Below are positions 33,399 to 43,543 of a stretch of DNA of 64,000 bases, piece after piece. Location of the stretch: NCBI GenBank assembly GCA_000002445.1, contig CM000207.1:672001-736000 (forward strand), in the 5' to 3' direction. Position 1 is the first letter of the stretch; each line of letters begins with the position of its first letter. The position numbers and the translations under genes were made by a program. Source of the DNA: Trypanosoma brucei. Its lineage: Eukaryota. Below the pieces are notes generated by a model. The model saw nothing but the letters and a program-made list of their open reading frames with translations, was not told the origin of the DNA and did not search any database.

Positions 33399-33752
33399 AT
33401 GCAACGCCGAGTGCAGCTGCGTATCTCTCTTACTGCAGCCTCTAGTTTTTTCTTCTGGCAGCATCGCTCCTATTATGACAAAGTGCGCAGGGAGCGTGAG
33501 AAAAGCGATGACACTCCCTGTGCAATGTTTGACGAGTTTCCCAAGAATCCTCATGCGAGTAGTGTCCCCAACCAATTTCGTACACCGAATGCGGATGCCG
33601 TGAAAGATGCTGAATTGTTACAGCGCGGGTTCCTTTTGTCACTTGTAGTCATGCTGTTTGCACTTTTTTACAGTGGATTCTTGGATCCCTTCAATGAGGG
33701 GTATCGGCGCCCAGACGGATATGGTATGCCGGCTGTGGAGAAGAGCGTATGA
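33399..33752 (+). CDS. Possible small membrane protein (117 aa from first ATG); weak
   Basis: Track start at 33285 is GTG inside a (CA)n tract. The C-terminus has a hydrophobic helix (GFLLSLVVMLFALFYSGFL). It lies in the expected intergenic space. Confidence 0.15.
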   Translation: MQRRVQLRISLTAASSFFFWQHRSYYDKVRREREKSDDTPCAMFDEFPKNPHASSVPNQFRTPNADAVKDAELLQRGFLLSLVVMLFALFYSGFLDPFNEGYRRPDGYGMPAVEKSV

Positions 33753-33962
33753 TATCTGTGAATGGGGGTGGTGGAAGGTGCGTGTGGTCTGTTGGTGGCA
33801 TCGGTAATACACACCAAGAAGGAAATGCACTTTCTATGTTGGTCCAAATATCTGCATACCGGTAAACGTCGTTAGGCAGTTATTGGAGGCGGTTACCTCA
33901 CTGCTTTTTTCTTCCAACCTCTTACTTACAGCCCCGTTGGGAAAGAATTACGTAGATTAAGC

Positions 33963-34493
33963 ATGGCCAAGGATACGGCGAAGAAGAACATGCGTGGGAA
34001 TGCTGTCCGCATGCAGGTGTTTTCTCTGATAACACTCACTGTTAACGTGATCTGCTTTCTCGTATCCTTTTGGCGCCAAAGTTCTTTCCCAGGTTTTGGT
34101 AGCTTGGCCGCGCTAGCATTTTGGGCGGGGCAGGAGTACGCGTCGCTCGCGCTCTTGAAGCATTTCGCAAGACCCGTGTTCAACGCGGAGGGTGAGTTAT
34201 TGGATTGCCCGGACGCTTCAGATCCAAAGGAGCTGGGATATTATTCCCTTGCGCAGGACGTCCTTTGGGTGTGCTGGGTGGTTCAGGTACTGTGTTTTCT
34301 GTTTCATTGGGGGTTCATGGTGCTGTATCTTCCTGTCCCTGTCATGGGTCTCTACAAGCTGTGGGGAATCATAGGGCCCTTGCTCACGCCCGCTCAGCCT
34401 GCGGCTGGTGAGGGGTGTGGATTTGCCCCCGGGGGGTTGAGCCGAGCGGAGCGGAGAAAGATGGAATTGCAACAGCGCAAGAAGAGAGTGTAA
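33963..34493 (+). CDS. Small multi-pass membrane protein, TMEM208/DUF788-like, 176 aa
   Basis: ATG start. Three hydrophobic helices, the conserved LGYYSLAQDVLWVCW block and a basic C-terminal tail. Family assignment is tentative. Confidence 0.4.
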   Translation: MAKDTAKKNMRGNAVRMQVFSLITLTVNVICFLVSFWRQSSFPGFGSLAALAFWAGQEYASLALLKHFARPVFNAEGELLDCPDASDPKELGYYSLAQDVLWVCWVVQVLCFLFHWGFMVLYLPVPVMGLYKLWGIIGPLLTPAQPAAGEGCGFAPGGLSRAERRKMELQQRKKRV

Positions 34494-35234
34494 GAACAAA
34501 AGCGATTTCGGTTGCGGGGGTCAGGGACCGGGGCGAGTGTGGGGGGAGGTGGAGGATAAAAGATGAAAGACTCCAGTGTACGGCTAGTGGGTCGGTTCGT
34601 CTCTTTGCACTGTCTGTTTCCTACTGTACACCACGGAGTCATCCGTGGGAGTCTGAAAAATGTAGAGTAGTGGCATTGTAGTGCGGTGGAGCCGGGGGAT
34701 GGAGACCCACAGCAGGCACTTTCGGTCTTCTTGGTTGATTAACCGCTGTCGCAGAAGGGAGTTATCTTACCCTTACTACCTCTAGTTTATTGTCATTCAC
34801 GCGTTCGCCTCGCAGTCACGCTCTTCTTCGAGGCTGTGGTAGACGTGGATGAGTGTCTTGCTATTCCCTTGTTCAAACTGAGGCATTTTTTTTTTTGCAC
34901 TATGGGGTATTTTCTGCCCTCCAGCTCTTTCTTGTTTCGGTCCTTCGTCCAAATACATGTTTCTTGTAATGGCATAGGGGGAGGTTCGGTGGACAAGAGC
35001 TGAGCAAGTGCGTGTGCTATGAGGTGCTACACCGCATTCTAATTGCTTTTAGGTAATGTACGTCATAATAATAAGCAGAGAGTAAGTGCAGGAGATACTT
35101 CCGAGTAAGGTTATGCAGATACACTTTGCACTTCCTGTCACTTTACCCTTAATTATTCTTCGGGTGTTTCTCACCCTTCTATCTGTACTTTCTGCGTCCA
35201 TTCTCACCCTCTTGCGTAGTATATCCGCGTGTAA

Positions 35235-37433
35235 ATGGGAGGGACGTCTACGAAGGAGTCACTTTTGTACTTCATGGATGTGGCGCGTGGTGTTTCCCCT
35301 CCGGATGAGAAGGACTTTTCCAGCCACTTGGGACGCTGTAGGAAGGAGCTCTGTTCGGGTGCTGAACTCTACAGGACGTTATTACCAATTATGCAGACCT
35401 TAATGCCTGCCAATGCCCAAGCATCTCAGGTTCAGTGGGTTGTGAGGTTCTGCTTAAAACAAGTTGAACATGCTTCCTGTAACTACAGTCAAGGCGTTAG
35501 TGACATCTTTCTTACCACAGTACGTGCTGTGCAGTTTGTGGTGCGTCACGCATGCGAAACTTCCCGTGGGGATGCCTCCCGCTTGCTGTGGACAATCGGT
35601 GAAGATCTAGGGGAGAGTGTACATGGTGCCTTGCGGGTCAGCACCACTGGTGATAGTGACACTGTATTCATGAATAGGTGGCTGTCCACCGGTATAGGTA
35701 AGCTGTGTATTGCGCTGGAAAAGTTTATTGTTTTTGTGCCTTTGACGGTGTCGACAGTGGAGGCACATGGTGAGGTCGTAAGCCTTCTTCTTTGCATGTG
35801 CTCTACTGCACTTTATCATTCGACTGCGTGCGACACGAACTTTACAGACCCCTTTACAAGACTTATTTTGGCGTCAGGCGACCTACATGCGCTTGTGCTG
35901 GTGCTGCTGCAACGACTTATGGACTGGGGTGAAGGTCGGCTCCCAAAGACACCAGTGTTATACCGCTGTGCCCAGTATTCGTCGTTGTGGACGCTTTACA
36001 ATATGTTCGCTGGTGGGACTGAAAATGAATCTATCACCTGCGGGAATCACCTTGGGCGGCACTGCGCACAGCTGTTGTCCGTTCTTGTATCGTATGGGAA
36101 AGGCTACAGACCGAATGAGGCACTACATTACATCGCAAGCTTAGGGGACTCCTCCCAGATTCAGGTCAAGGCCCTGTTAGTAACGTTTAACCGTCACGTA
36201 TTGCGATGCCCTGCCCTTTGCATTTTGCTGTACACCCTACTTCACGATAATCCGACATTTATCCACACCGTCATGACTGCCTACCCTGATGAATTTTTGG
36301 GGGTTATTCAGGGAGTGCTTCGTCTGAGCTATACGGCGTCATCAGAGGCTTGGGCTTCCGGTTTTAATTCAAGTGATGATGATATAGATGGTGGCCAATG
36401 CGCCATTCCTATCGTTGAAGATGCGATTACACCTGAAGCTGTTGCCAGTATTGTGCGTAGGATGACAGCATTTTCTTACCCGTTTATCAGCTTCATGACG
36501 GGAACATTGGTGCTCGTGTGTTCGCAAGATCAAGTAATTAACAAGCGTATGAGTAATACCATAGCTGAGACCACATTCAAGGTTGGCCGTCTGGTAGGTA
36601 GGTGCCCGGTGATTGCCGTTTGCATTGTGATCATCGTACACAGCATTGCCAGAGCGCTAAACGACGGAAACGAAGCACTGGCGGCTGTTTTTATTCCATG
36701 TCTAGCGAACTTTGCCCCATTCGTTCATGATATTGACGTGTACACTTCTCAGCGTTTGGTCGGGTTGCTTTTGTTAACGTTGCGGAAGGTACAGCGGACT
36801 GCGGAACATGCGCGCTCCGGGGCAGGAGATTGTTTGGGCACGTTAGAAGGTACAACTCCGGCTGGGGGTTGCAGTAGCGCTGATACATCAATTCAAATGT
36901 TTCTTCGTCAACTTCTTGCATTAACGGAGGCGGTTGGAGGGCTGTTGCAAGGTGATTGCCGAAACAATTATTCCTTCATATACGAACTGGTCTACCAACG
37001 CTCTCACTTGGAGGAAGGGGCGAAATTGCTGAGCACAGTTAGTTGTCATAGCTCTGAAGCCCAAACGGCTCTCCAGTCACTTCTTAGCGTTGCGAAATTC
37101 TACGATGAAGAAATAGCAAACTCTACCGCGACCGACTCGTACGGCGGCGCATTGGCCGTCATTCGGCAGGTGTCCCAAAACAAAGTTGTACCGACGGGGC
37201 CCTCGTCGCGGTTATCCGTGCGAACGGGAACATATGCGGCAACCGCAAGCGCAGATGTTGAATACTGCACCTCCCTGGAGATGGGCGAAATTCCTTTTCT
37301 GTATGAAGAGTCGACGTGCAGCTATGATTTCTTTGGGCCCTTCCTGTGGTCCACACTGTTGAGTGATGCTGCGTATCCAGGAGGCATATTGTGGGCGACG
37401 GATCTGTCTACGTTGGGGATATTCCCTCACTAA
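35235..37433 (+). CDS. Hypothetical protein, 732 aa, with possible N-myristoylation signal (MGGTSTK)
   Basis: ATG start. Gly2 and Thr6 fit the N-myristoylation consensus. No recognised domain. Confidence 0.5.
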   Translation: MGGTSTKESLLYFMDVARGVSPPDEKDFSSHLGRCRKELCSGAELYRTLLPIMQTLMPANAQASQVQWVVRFCLKQVEHASCNYSQGVSDIFLTTVRAVQFVVRHACETSRGDASRLLWTIGEDLGESVHGALRVSTTGDSDTVFMNRWLSTGIGKLCIALEKFIVFVPLTVSTVEAHGEVVSLLLCMCSTALYHSTACDTNFTDPFTRLILASGDLHALVLVLLQRLMDWGEGRLPKTPVLYRCAQYSSLWTLYNMFAGGTENESITCGNHLGRHCAQLLSVLVSYGKGYRPNEALHYIASLGDSSQIQVKALLVTFNRHVLRCPALCILLYTLLHDNPTFIHTVMTAYPDEFLGVIQGVLRLSYTASSEAWASGFNSSDDDIDGGQCAIPIVEDAITPEAVASIVRRMTAFSYPFISFMTGTLVLVCSQDQVINKRMSNTIAETTFKVGRLVGRCPVIAVCIVIIVHSIARALNDGNEALAAVFIPCLANFAPFVHDIDVYTSQRLVGLLLLTLRKVQRTAEHARSGAGDCLGTLEGTTPAGGCSSADTSIQMFLRQLLALTEAVGGLLQGDCRNNYSFIYELVYQRSHLEEGAKLLSTVSCHSSEAQTALQSLLSVAKFYDEEIANSTATDSYGGALAVIRQVSQNKVVPTGPSSRLSVRTGTYAATASADVEYCTSLEMGEIPFLYEESTCSYDFFGPFLWSTLLSDAAYPGGILWATDLSTLGIFPH

Positions 37434-38025
37434 ACTACCCGCGCGGAGCGATCGGAACATTCACCTCTGGTCTTCCCTCCGCCTTGTCCACATATCTTGT
37501 CTGTGTTACTGCTGGTCCCAGTCCTGGTTTTGCATTTGTGAGGTGTACAGGTGTGTGTAAAGTAGGTTGGAATTTACGGACGGGGCTCCAAAAGGTAAAT
37601 TGGAAGGTGGTGCCACGTTAGGGGTTTGTTGGAGTGGTGGGCAGGGCGCACGGACTTTCCTTCTTGCCCCCATTTCGACATCATCGTGTTGTTGATTTGA
37701 AGTCACTGCTTGAGGTGCCGGCAAAAAGAACCTTCAAGGGAGCTTGGGTTTACAGGCAGTTAGGCCAGTACCGCGTCTGAGCAGTGTCTTAAAGTGGTGA
37801 CTGTCTTGGATGTGGAATCAGGTTTGGTACTTGATAATTTAAAAAAAAAGGTCTTGTCGCTGTTGGCTTATTCCCCTGCATTGCGATGATTCATCCCAGT
37901 CGTGTTGATCATGAAGGGATGAGGTACGCGAAAGAGGGAGGTGATCAATCTCATCAACACAAATTCTGGTCATTTTTTTAAAAAAAAGATATTTATATCG
38001 GATAACAAAGGTAATTATTAGAAAA

Positions 38026-40140
38026 ATGAAAAAGAGGAGGCCAATACCCAATCCTACAAAGATCAGTTCCTACTTTTTCCAGCAGCTGGTAAGCCCAGGT
38101 GCAACAACTCCGGATGATAGGAAGGAGCGTGCCCAGTCCGAGCAAACGAAGCGGGCTGCCGCGTCGGTGCTAAGTGAGTCGTTTACACCAGAGGGCGTCG
38201 CTGCTTTCCTTCAGAGTAGGTCAGAAATTGAGCGACAGCACAGTGAAGCGCTAGAGGATGTGCTTGATGCTTGTTGGAAGCGTGTTGAGGACATAATCGA
38301 GCGAAATAAGGAGCGCCGTCGGGTTATAGAGGAGGACATTCCCCAAGTTGTTGCTCCCACAGGCACGTTCACCTTTTGGACACCCGAGGGCGTTGAACAA
38401 TACTACAGCCTGAAAACTTTGCCCGTTTTTGCCAGTGATGAGGAAGGCGTCAGAAGCGACAGCAATGGCTTCGGTACCGACAATAGCAACGCAATGAAAA
38501 GTGATAGAAATGGCCCTGCTGCCGCTGACCATGCAGTAATTTCGCCTCAGGGTCGCTCAGCGGAGGACAAAGTTGACGGAAACGCAGCGGCAGAGGGGGA
38601 CGGGAGGACTGATCCGGTTGCTGAATTTTCATCCCAAAGGGCATGTGGCAGGGCGCCCATTGTGTCGGGAGCCCACCATACGAAGGGGCGGAAATTGACG
38701 GACAAAGAACTTCTTGATGAATCGAAGGTCCCCCATTGTCTGCGTCGGTTGTTCGCCTCACTTCTTAGGCGTCGCAACGAATTTCCCAAATCAACAACAC
38801 TTCTATTTGATGCAATCCAGCGAACGCAGTCGGAGAGATTTCCTGAAATTGAAGCGGTGATCGAAGATGTACCCTTTTCAATGCCTCTTCATCGACCATT
38901 TAGATGCATCGCTGCCTTCGTGGCCCGGTCTTTCGCAGAGAACCCCAAGGGTGAAGCACCTGAGCAGGCATTTGCTGCGACTTTCAAAACGGTGAGCAAA
39001 GATTTGAAGACGGCATACGAGAAACTGCATGAACTAAAGGGTTATGTGCACCCTGTGGGTGAACGAACAGATCGGGCGGAAGTCATCTACAAAACCCTTT
39101 TGGGTGAGTTGCAGGGTCGGAAGAGTCTTCATGAAACCTACGGTATTGATATAGAAGCCATAATGAAAGCATCGGCAGTGGAGCTGAGCGTGATGGAGGG
39201 GGCTCTTAAAGAGTGTAATGAAACATCCCGGAGGTTGCTTGCCACCATTGAGGATCAGACCGCACAGTTCATAGCTGACGTGCACACCAGCCTTGATCGA
39301 CGAGAGGAGGCTATAGAGGAAATTGCCTCGTTCTACAAGCGGGATCGTGATCGCCTGCAGTCGTCATTGCAGAGGAAGATTTATCGTGCGAAGAAGAGTG
39401 AGGAACTTCAAGAAAAGTGCGCTCGACGTATTCGGGAGGTTACGAAGGAGCTTTACATTGAGCAGGTCAATTACGAGGAGCTGCTGCAGGAAATATTGGC
39501 AGAGAGTTTGCTGCTACAGCAGCTGGACAGCAGCTACACGCAGTTGTCAAGTTCGCTTAATAACGCAGCTTCCGTTCATCAGGAATCAAAGATAAGCTCT
39601 ATTAGGGAGGCGCTTCAGCGGTCGGAAGATGTTCGTGTGCATCTCATTGAACAATGTCAGTTCCACATAAACCGACTTAAAAAGGACGAGCACTATCGGC
39701 TCTGCCGCTTAGCCACAAACGCCAAGGATAATGCATTGTGCTGGTCTCGCTGCCTGAACGACCTTTCAACAATATATGAGACTCACTTTAACTCCCTAAA
39801 TGAGAAGTGCAGGGTCTCCACGCAAATGCGTTACCTTCTTTCGTACGAGAAAGATTGCGTTTCTCGTGACCTGAACCAAGTTCAAAAGGAAATGGAACAG
39901 TTAGATAGCAAATGGCACGAAATTTCCACTCTCCTGGAGGAACTCGGTGAACCAGTTCCACCACTTTCATTACTTGAAAAGGACCCCTCGTGTGGAGAGC
40001 TCCGCCACGCTTTGACCGCACTGGCATTAACTCGCCTTGTGCATGGAGAGTCTTCCCACCTTGTGCGCCCCGAACAGTGGAGAGAGCGAACTGTTGTGGC
40101 CACCGGTGACGGCAGTGCGACTGCGAATGATATGTCGTAG
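38026..40140 (+). CDS. Hypothetical coiled-coil protein, 704 aa
   Basis: ATG start; extended heptad-like regions in the C-terminal half. Confidence 0.5.
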   Translation: MKKRRPIPNPTKISSYFFQQLVSPGATTPDDRKERAQSEQTKRAAASVLSESFTPEGVAAFLQSRSEIERQHSEALEDVLDACWKRVEDIIERNKERRRVIEEDIPQVVAPTGTFTFWTPEGVEQYYSLKTLPVFASDEEGVRSDSNGFGTDNSNAMKSDRNGPAAADHAVISPQGRSAEDKVDGNAAAEGDGRTDPVAEFSSQRACGRAPIVSGAHHTKGRKLTDKELLDESKVPHCLRRLFASLLRRRNEFPKSTTLLFDAIQRTQSERFPEIEAVIEDVPFSMPLHRPFRCIAAFVARSFAENPKGEAPEQAFAATFKTVSKDLKTAYEKLHELKGYVHPVGERTDRAEVIYKTLLGELQGRKSLHETYGIDIEAIMKASAVELSVMEGALKECNETSRRLLATIEDQTAQFIADVHTSLDRREEAIEEIASFYKRDRDRLQSSLQRKIYRAKKSEELQEKCARRIREVTKELYIEQVNYEELLQEILAESLLLQQLDSSYTQLSSSLNNAASVHQESKISSIREALQRSEDVRVHLIEQCQFHINRLKKDEHYRLCRLATNAKDNALCWSRCLNDLSTIYETHFNSLNEKCRVSTQMRYLLSYEKDCVSRDLNQVQKEMEQLDSKWHEISTLLEELGEPVPPLSLLEKDPSCGELRHALTALALTRLVHGESSHLVRPEQWRERTVVATGDGSATANDMS

Positions 40141-40596
40141 ATCACTCATTTTGTTTGCTCACCCCCCTTTCCTTCACGTTTCCCCTGTTTCAGCTGTACA
40201 TCATATGTAAGCATTAGAGCATTATGGGATGCAGAGTGAGAAATTGGCAAAGGCTGCACAGCGGATGGATGTGTAAGTCAATGAACTTTCTCATGTTGCT
40301 TTTCTCGCTCACATCAACGCGTCGTTTCCCTCCTCCCTATCACAAATGTTTACTAATGGGATCACGTTGACGTTGGTTAACTGATGTCGCGCATTCATCG
40401 AAGCACTTCTCAATGGTGCACCATTCAACAAATGCTTTTGCTGTCGTGTTTGCTATTTTTGCTTGAGCCTTCTTGTTCCTTTCGTTAATCTCACTCTGTA
40501 AAACCCTTAAGTTGGACTCACGTTAAACAGGCAGTGATCTGAGCTATTGCTCCACGTAAGGGGAGAAGAATAAATCCCCCTTTTCACGCTGAATAC

Positions 40597-41553
40597 ATGG
40601 CTCCAGTAGTGTGGCCGTGCGCCCTTAACCCATCAAATCACATACTGGTGCAAGAGTTGCTGCTACACGCGTCATTAGGTCGTCACCGCCATTCCCTGAG
40701 GGACAGAAAGGACTTTTTTCACCTTGCTAGGCACATTTCCTGCCTCAAAGAACCTTGCAAATACCTCGTTTCTGCGCCACCAACCTCTCGTGGACCACTG
40801 TGGGCTCCTTGGCGAAGCACAGTCCCCCGGCAAATAGTTTTCAATCGTATACTCCGTCAGTGCACCGATACTTATACGCAATCATCCCATAAAGAAGACA
40901 AAGAAGACGAGGAGGGGAGACGCGTACCAGTGTTTTATGATGATGCCATTGCTCATTTGAACAGAATAGCAGAAGAACTGGGGCCACACGGATACAAAGT
41001 AACTCTGGTCGGAGCACTGCGACGCGGGTGCCCCGTTGCTTCCCGAGCTGAGTTCCTTTTGACGTACGATGATGACGATAGAATCAGGAAACATCGTGAC
41101 AACGACACCACTGTGTCCCACAGTGTTCATTTTGAGCGAGCGATACAGGGACTAAGGGCTTCCGGATACATCAAGCATCATAGGACAAAAAGAAAGATTG
41201 ATATTCACACAAAACAGTACATAACACTTGCTTCTAGGTCCCATTCACATCCAGAAACCCTCTCCACATCACGAGAGGAAAGACAGGTTTTGTCTATTAC
41301 CTGGTCAAAACCACAACAGTTTCACACGCGGCAGCTGTTCCTCACGGGCCCGAACCCATTCGTGGTGCACCTTGTGCTGCTGGCCCATGCGAAGGGCCTG
41401 GGACTGGATCCTTGCGGGTTGTACAAATCCCAATTAGGGTTTCGGGAGTCTGTGGCACTTGAATGTGAAAGGGACATCTTCGCTGCGTTGCAGTTGCCGT
41501 ACGTTGAGCCCATTCACCGCCATGCATACTGCCGCGTTCACAACCTGTTTTGA
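40597..41553 (+). CDS. DNA polymerase X family (pol beta-like) protein, 318 aa, with non-canonical catalytic residues
   Basis: ATG start. The C-terminus (ERDIFAALQLPYVEPIHRHA) matches pol beta [28 protein letters not shown]...AHAKGLGLD matches FTGS..F...RAHALEKGF, RKIDIH matches RRIDIR (Asp256), and ALRRG matches SFRRG. The GDMD carboxylates are replaced by SRAE. Confidence 0.65.
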   Translation: MAPVVWPCALNPSNHILVQELLLHASLGRHRHSLRDRKDFFHLARHISCLKEPCKYLVSAPPTSRGPLWAPWRSTVPRQIVFNRILRQCTDTYTQSSHKEDKEDEEGRRVPVFYDDAIAHLNRIAEELGPHGYKVTLVGALRRGCPVASRAEFLLTYDDDDRIRKHRDNDTTVSHSVHFERAIQGLRASGYIKHHRTKRKIDIHTKQYITLASRSHSHPETLSTSREERQVLSITWSKPQQFHTRQLFLTGPNPFVVHLVLLAHAKGLGLDPCGLYKSQLGFRESVALECERDIFAALQLPYVEPIHRHAYCRVHNLF

Positions 41554-41815
41554 GAGCGCCCGCGCCTTCCTTTTATTTGTTCTCCATGGGATATTGCTGT
41601 TCTTTAACTTCCTAACTGTATGGTTTTCTGTCGCATGTGTCGTCACAGACGCGCATCACTTTTTATACGACTAGATATGCCGCGTTACAGAGACCTATCG
41701 ATTGCCTGATTAAGTACTCTTGCAGGTGTTGCTTTGTCTTCTCCGCACTATTACTCATTCCCTTTTTCTTTACTGATTTTTTCTGGTATGAAGGCACTTC
41801 TATACACTAAGGGTG

Positions 41816-42424
41816 ATGTCCGCACAACCGCACCTCCGCAAGCTGCGTAAGCTCAAGCGCGCCAACCCGTCTCAGGAGGAGGAGGGCGTCGCGAGGGTGC
41901 TCTTTGAATTGGAAGGCTCCCACAAGACTCTCCGCGCGCAGTTGCCCCGCTTCCATATAAACACTGTTCGCACGTCGTCGAGTCCCCGTCACAAGAAGAC
42001 AGCTATGATCATTTTGTACCCGTTGCGTTTTATCATGCTTGTACGCAAGATTCAGCGAACGCTTACGGCAGAGCTCGAGAAGCGCTTCCCCGGAAACATT
42101 GTTGTGCTTGTTGCGCAGCGCAAGATAACGAAGCGACCGAATGATGTGTACAAGCTTCAGCAGGTGCAACGTTCCCGTACGAGCGTAGCGGTGTTTGAGA
42201 ATATCTTGAATGATCTTATATATCCGTGTGACGTGGTGGGCCGCCGTTGGCGTTACCGTACGGATGGGAGTAAGCTGATGAAAGTGTTCTTGGACGCCCG
42301 TGACCGCAAGAGGGTGGAGTCGAGACTTCCCCTTCTTGCCCACGTCTACAAGTTGTTGACGCACCGAACTGTCACCTTCGGGTTCATGTGGAACCCTAAG
42401 TTGCAGCAAGTGTCCTCCCGGTAG
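41816..42424 (+). CDS. RPS7: 40S ribosomal protein S7e, copy 1
   Basis: Full-length eukaryotic S7e-like sequence (NIVVLVAQRKI..., ...VFLDARDRKRVESRL...). Track start at 41813 is GTG immediately before ATG 41816. Confidence 0.85.
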   Translation: MSAQPHLRKLRKLKRANPSQEEEGVARVLFELEGSHKTLRAQLPRFHINTVRTSSSPRHKKTAMIILYPLRFIMLVRKIQRTLTAELEKRFPGNIVVLVAQRKITKRPNDVYKLQQVQRSRTSVAVFENILNDLIYPCDVVGRRWRYRTDGSKLMKVFLDARDRKRVESRLPLLAHVYKLLTHRTVTFGFMWNPKLQQVSSR

Positions 42425-42978
42425 ATGAGTTTCGCCCAGCTACTTTGAAGGTGCCATTATCAGTTTTTTGTTTTGATTTATTTTCACTACGCTGCCATCC
42501 TCGGTTGTGTAGTGCTAGAAAATGAAATGACACATGTCAGTACTGAAACTAGTGTAAGTTACAACCTCGAAGCTGCCTGTGTTTCCATGTTAGTCACCCC
42601 TTTGACATTTTCTTACCTTTTTGCTCATTAGTATTTTATGCTGGTGATAGACGCCCACTTTGGTGGTTCCTATGTGATGCAGCGAGTGAGATGAGGTGGC
42701 ATGCTATACTTCACTTCCGTGAGCTGCGTCACCACAGGTTCACCAACCCCTTCTCCACTGCGTGAGGATCGCGTGGTAAAAGCGTTTTCCGTGTTGGTGT
42801 CTTGTAGTAGAGTCATCCGAATGTGCCTCTCGCGGATAATGTGATTTATGTTTCCCACTGTTGCAGGCGGCTGCGAGTAGTCGGGTGCATCACAGATCAG
42901 CTTAGATTTCGCACAAGATCTGAGGCCCCGGAAGGTGTTTTCAAGCCTCTTCCTTATCGTCTTGGCGCTACGTTGTGG

Positions 42979-43143
42979 TTACTCCAATCGCATACCAACC
43001 AAGGCCTGAATGCCAGGATATCGAGCTTAGGAGCGAATATCGACAAGGCCAGACAGCGTGGCGAACAGCAGGTTGCGTTAAAGGAAGAGGAGTTAAGGGA
43101 TCTGCAGGGGAGACTTGAGAGTTTGATGAGGGATTTGGAGTGA
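42979..43143 (+). pseudogene. 3' fragment of the BRAP2-like gene, last 54 codons plus stop, copy 1
   Basis: Identical to 56268-56432, the C-terminus of the full BRAP2-like gene (LLQSHTNQGLNARISSLGANIDKARQRGEQQVALKEEELRDLQGRLESLMRDLE*). The upstream ORF extension starts with GTG at 42823 and has no ATG. Confidence 0.75.
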
Positions 43144-43543
43144 TGGTTTTCGGCGTCGTCTTGTCATCCCATCCCGCCTCCCTTCCGTATCATGCTGCGT
43201 CATTCCCCTTCGCCACTTATCAACACAGTCGTGTGCACTCCTACTGTTCTCACATCAGTCAGTGCAGCTTAGTTACCTCGTTTGGCTTACTTTGACTTAA
43301 GTACCTTTTTTTGTGCTCATTGCGGTTGCTGTATGACTGCCAGCTCTCAGATGTCTGGACTTTCCATTCTCTTTATGTTGACCCTACACACCTGCCCCAC
43401 ACTGCATTTCCCCCCACCGTTCCCTGTTTGCACCTTCCTGCTGTATGGGTGGTGTAAAATACCCATTAGCATTATAGCAGTTGGTGGCTTGTTAATAACT
43501 GAAGTTCGGATTACCGTGGCGAGTAAAGGTTTCCGGTGATATT

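Noticed and set aside
42823-43143. 106-aa ORF that looked like a new small coiled-coil gene made from the BRAP2 C-terminus
   Set aside because: The reported start is GTG, not ATG. The only in-frame Met is five residues from the end. Only the last 54 codons are BRAP2-derived. It is better explained as a pseudogene remnant in the 5' flank of the 361-aa gene.
43282-43539. 85-aa ORF MAYFDLSTFF... repeated in all three units (43282, 49769, 56571)
   Set aside because: It lies in the pyrimidine-rich leader region immediately upstream of the 361-aa gene and has a hydrophobic low-complexity translation with no homology. Its recurrence only reflects the tandem duplication.
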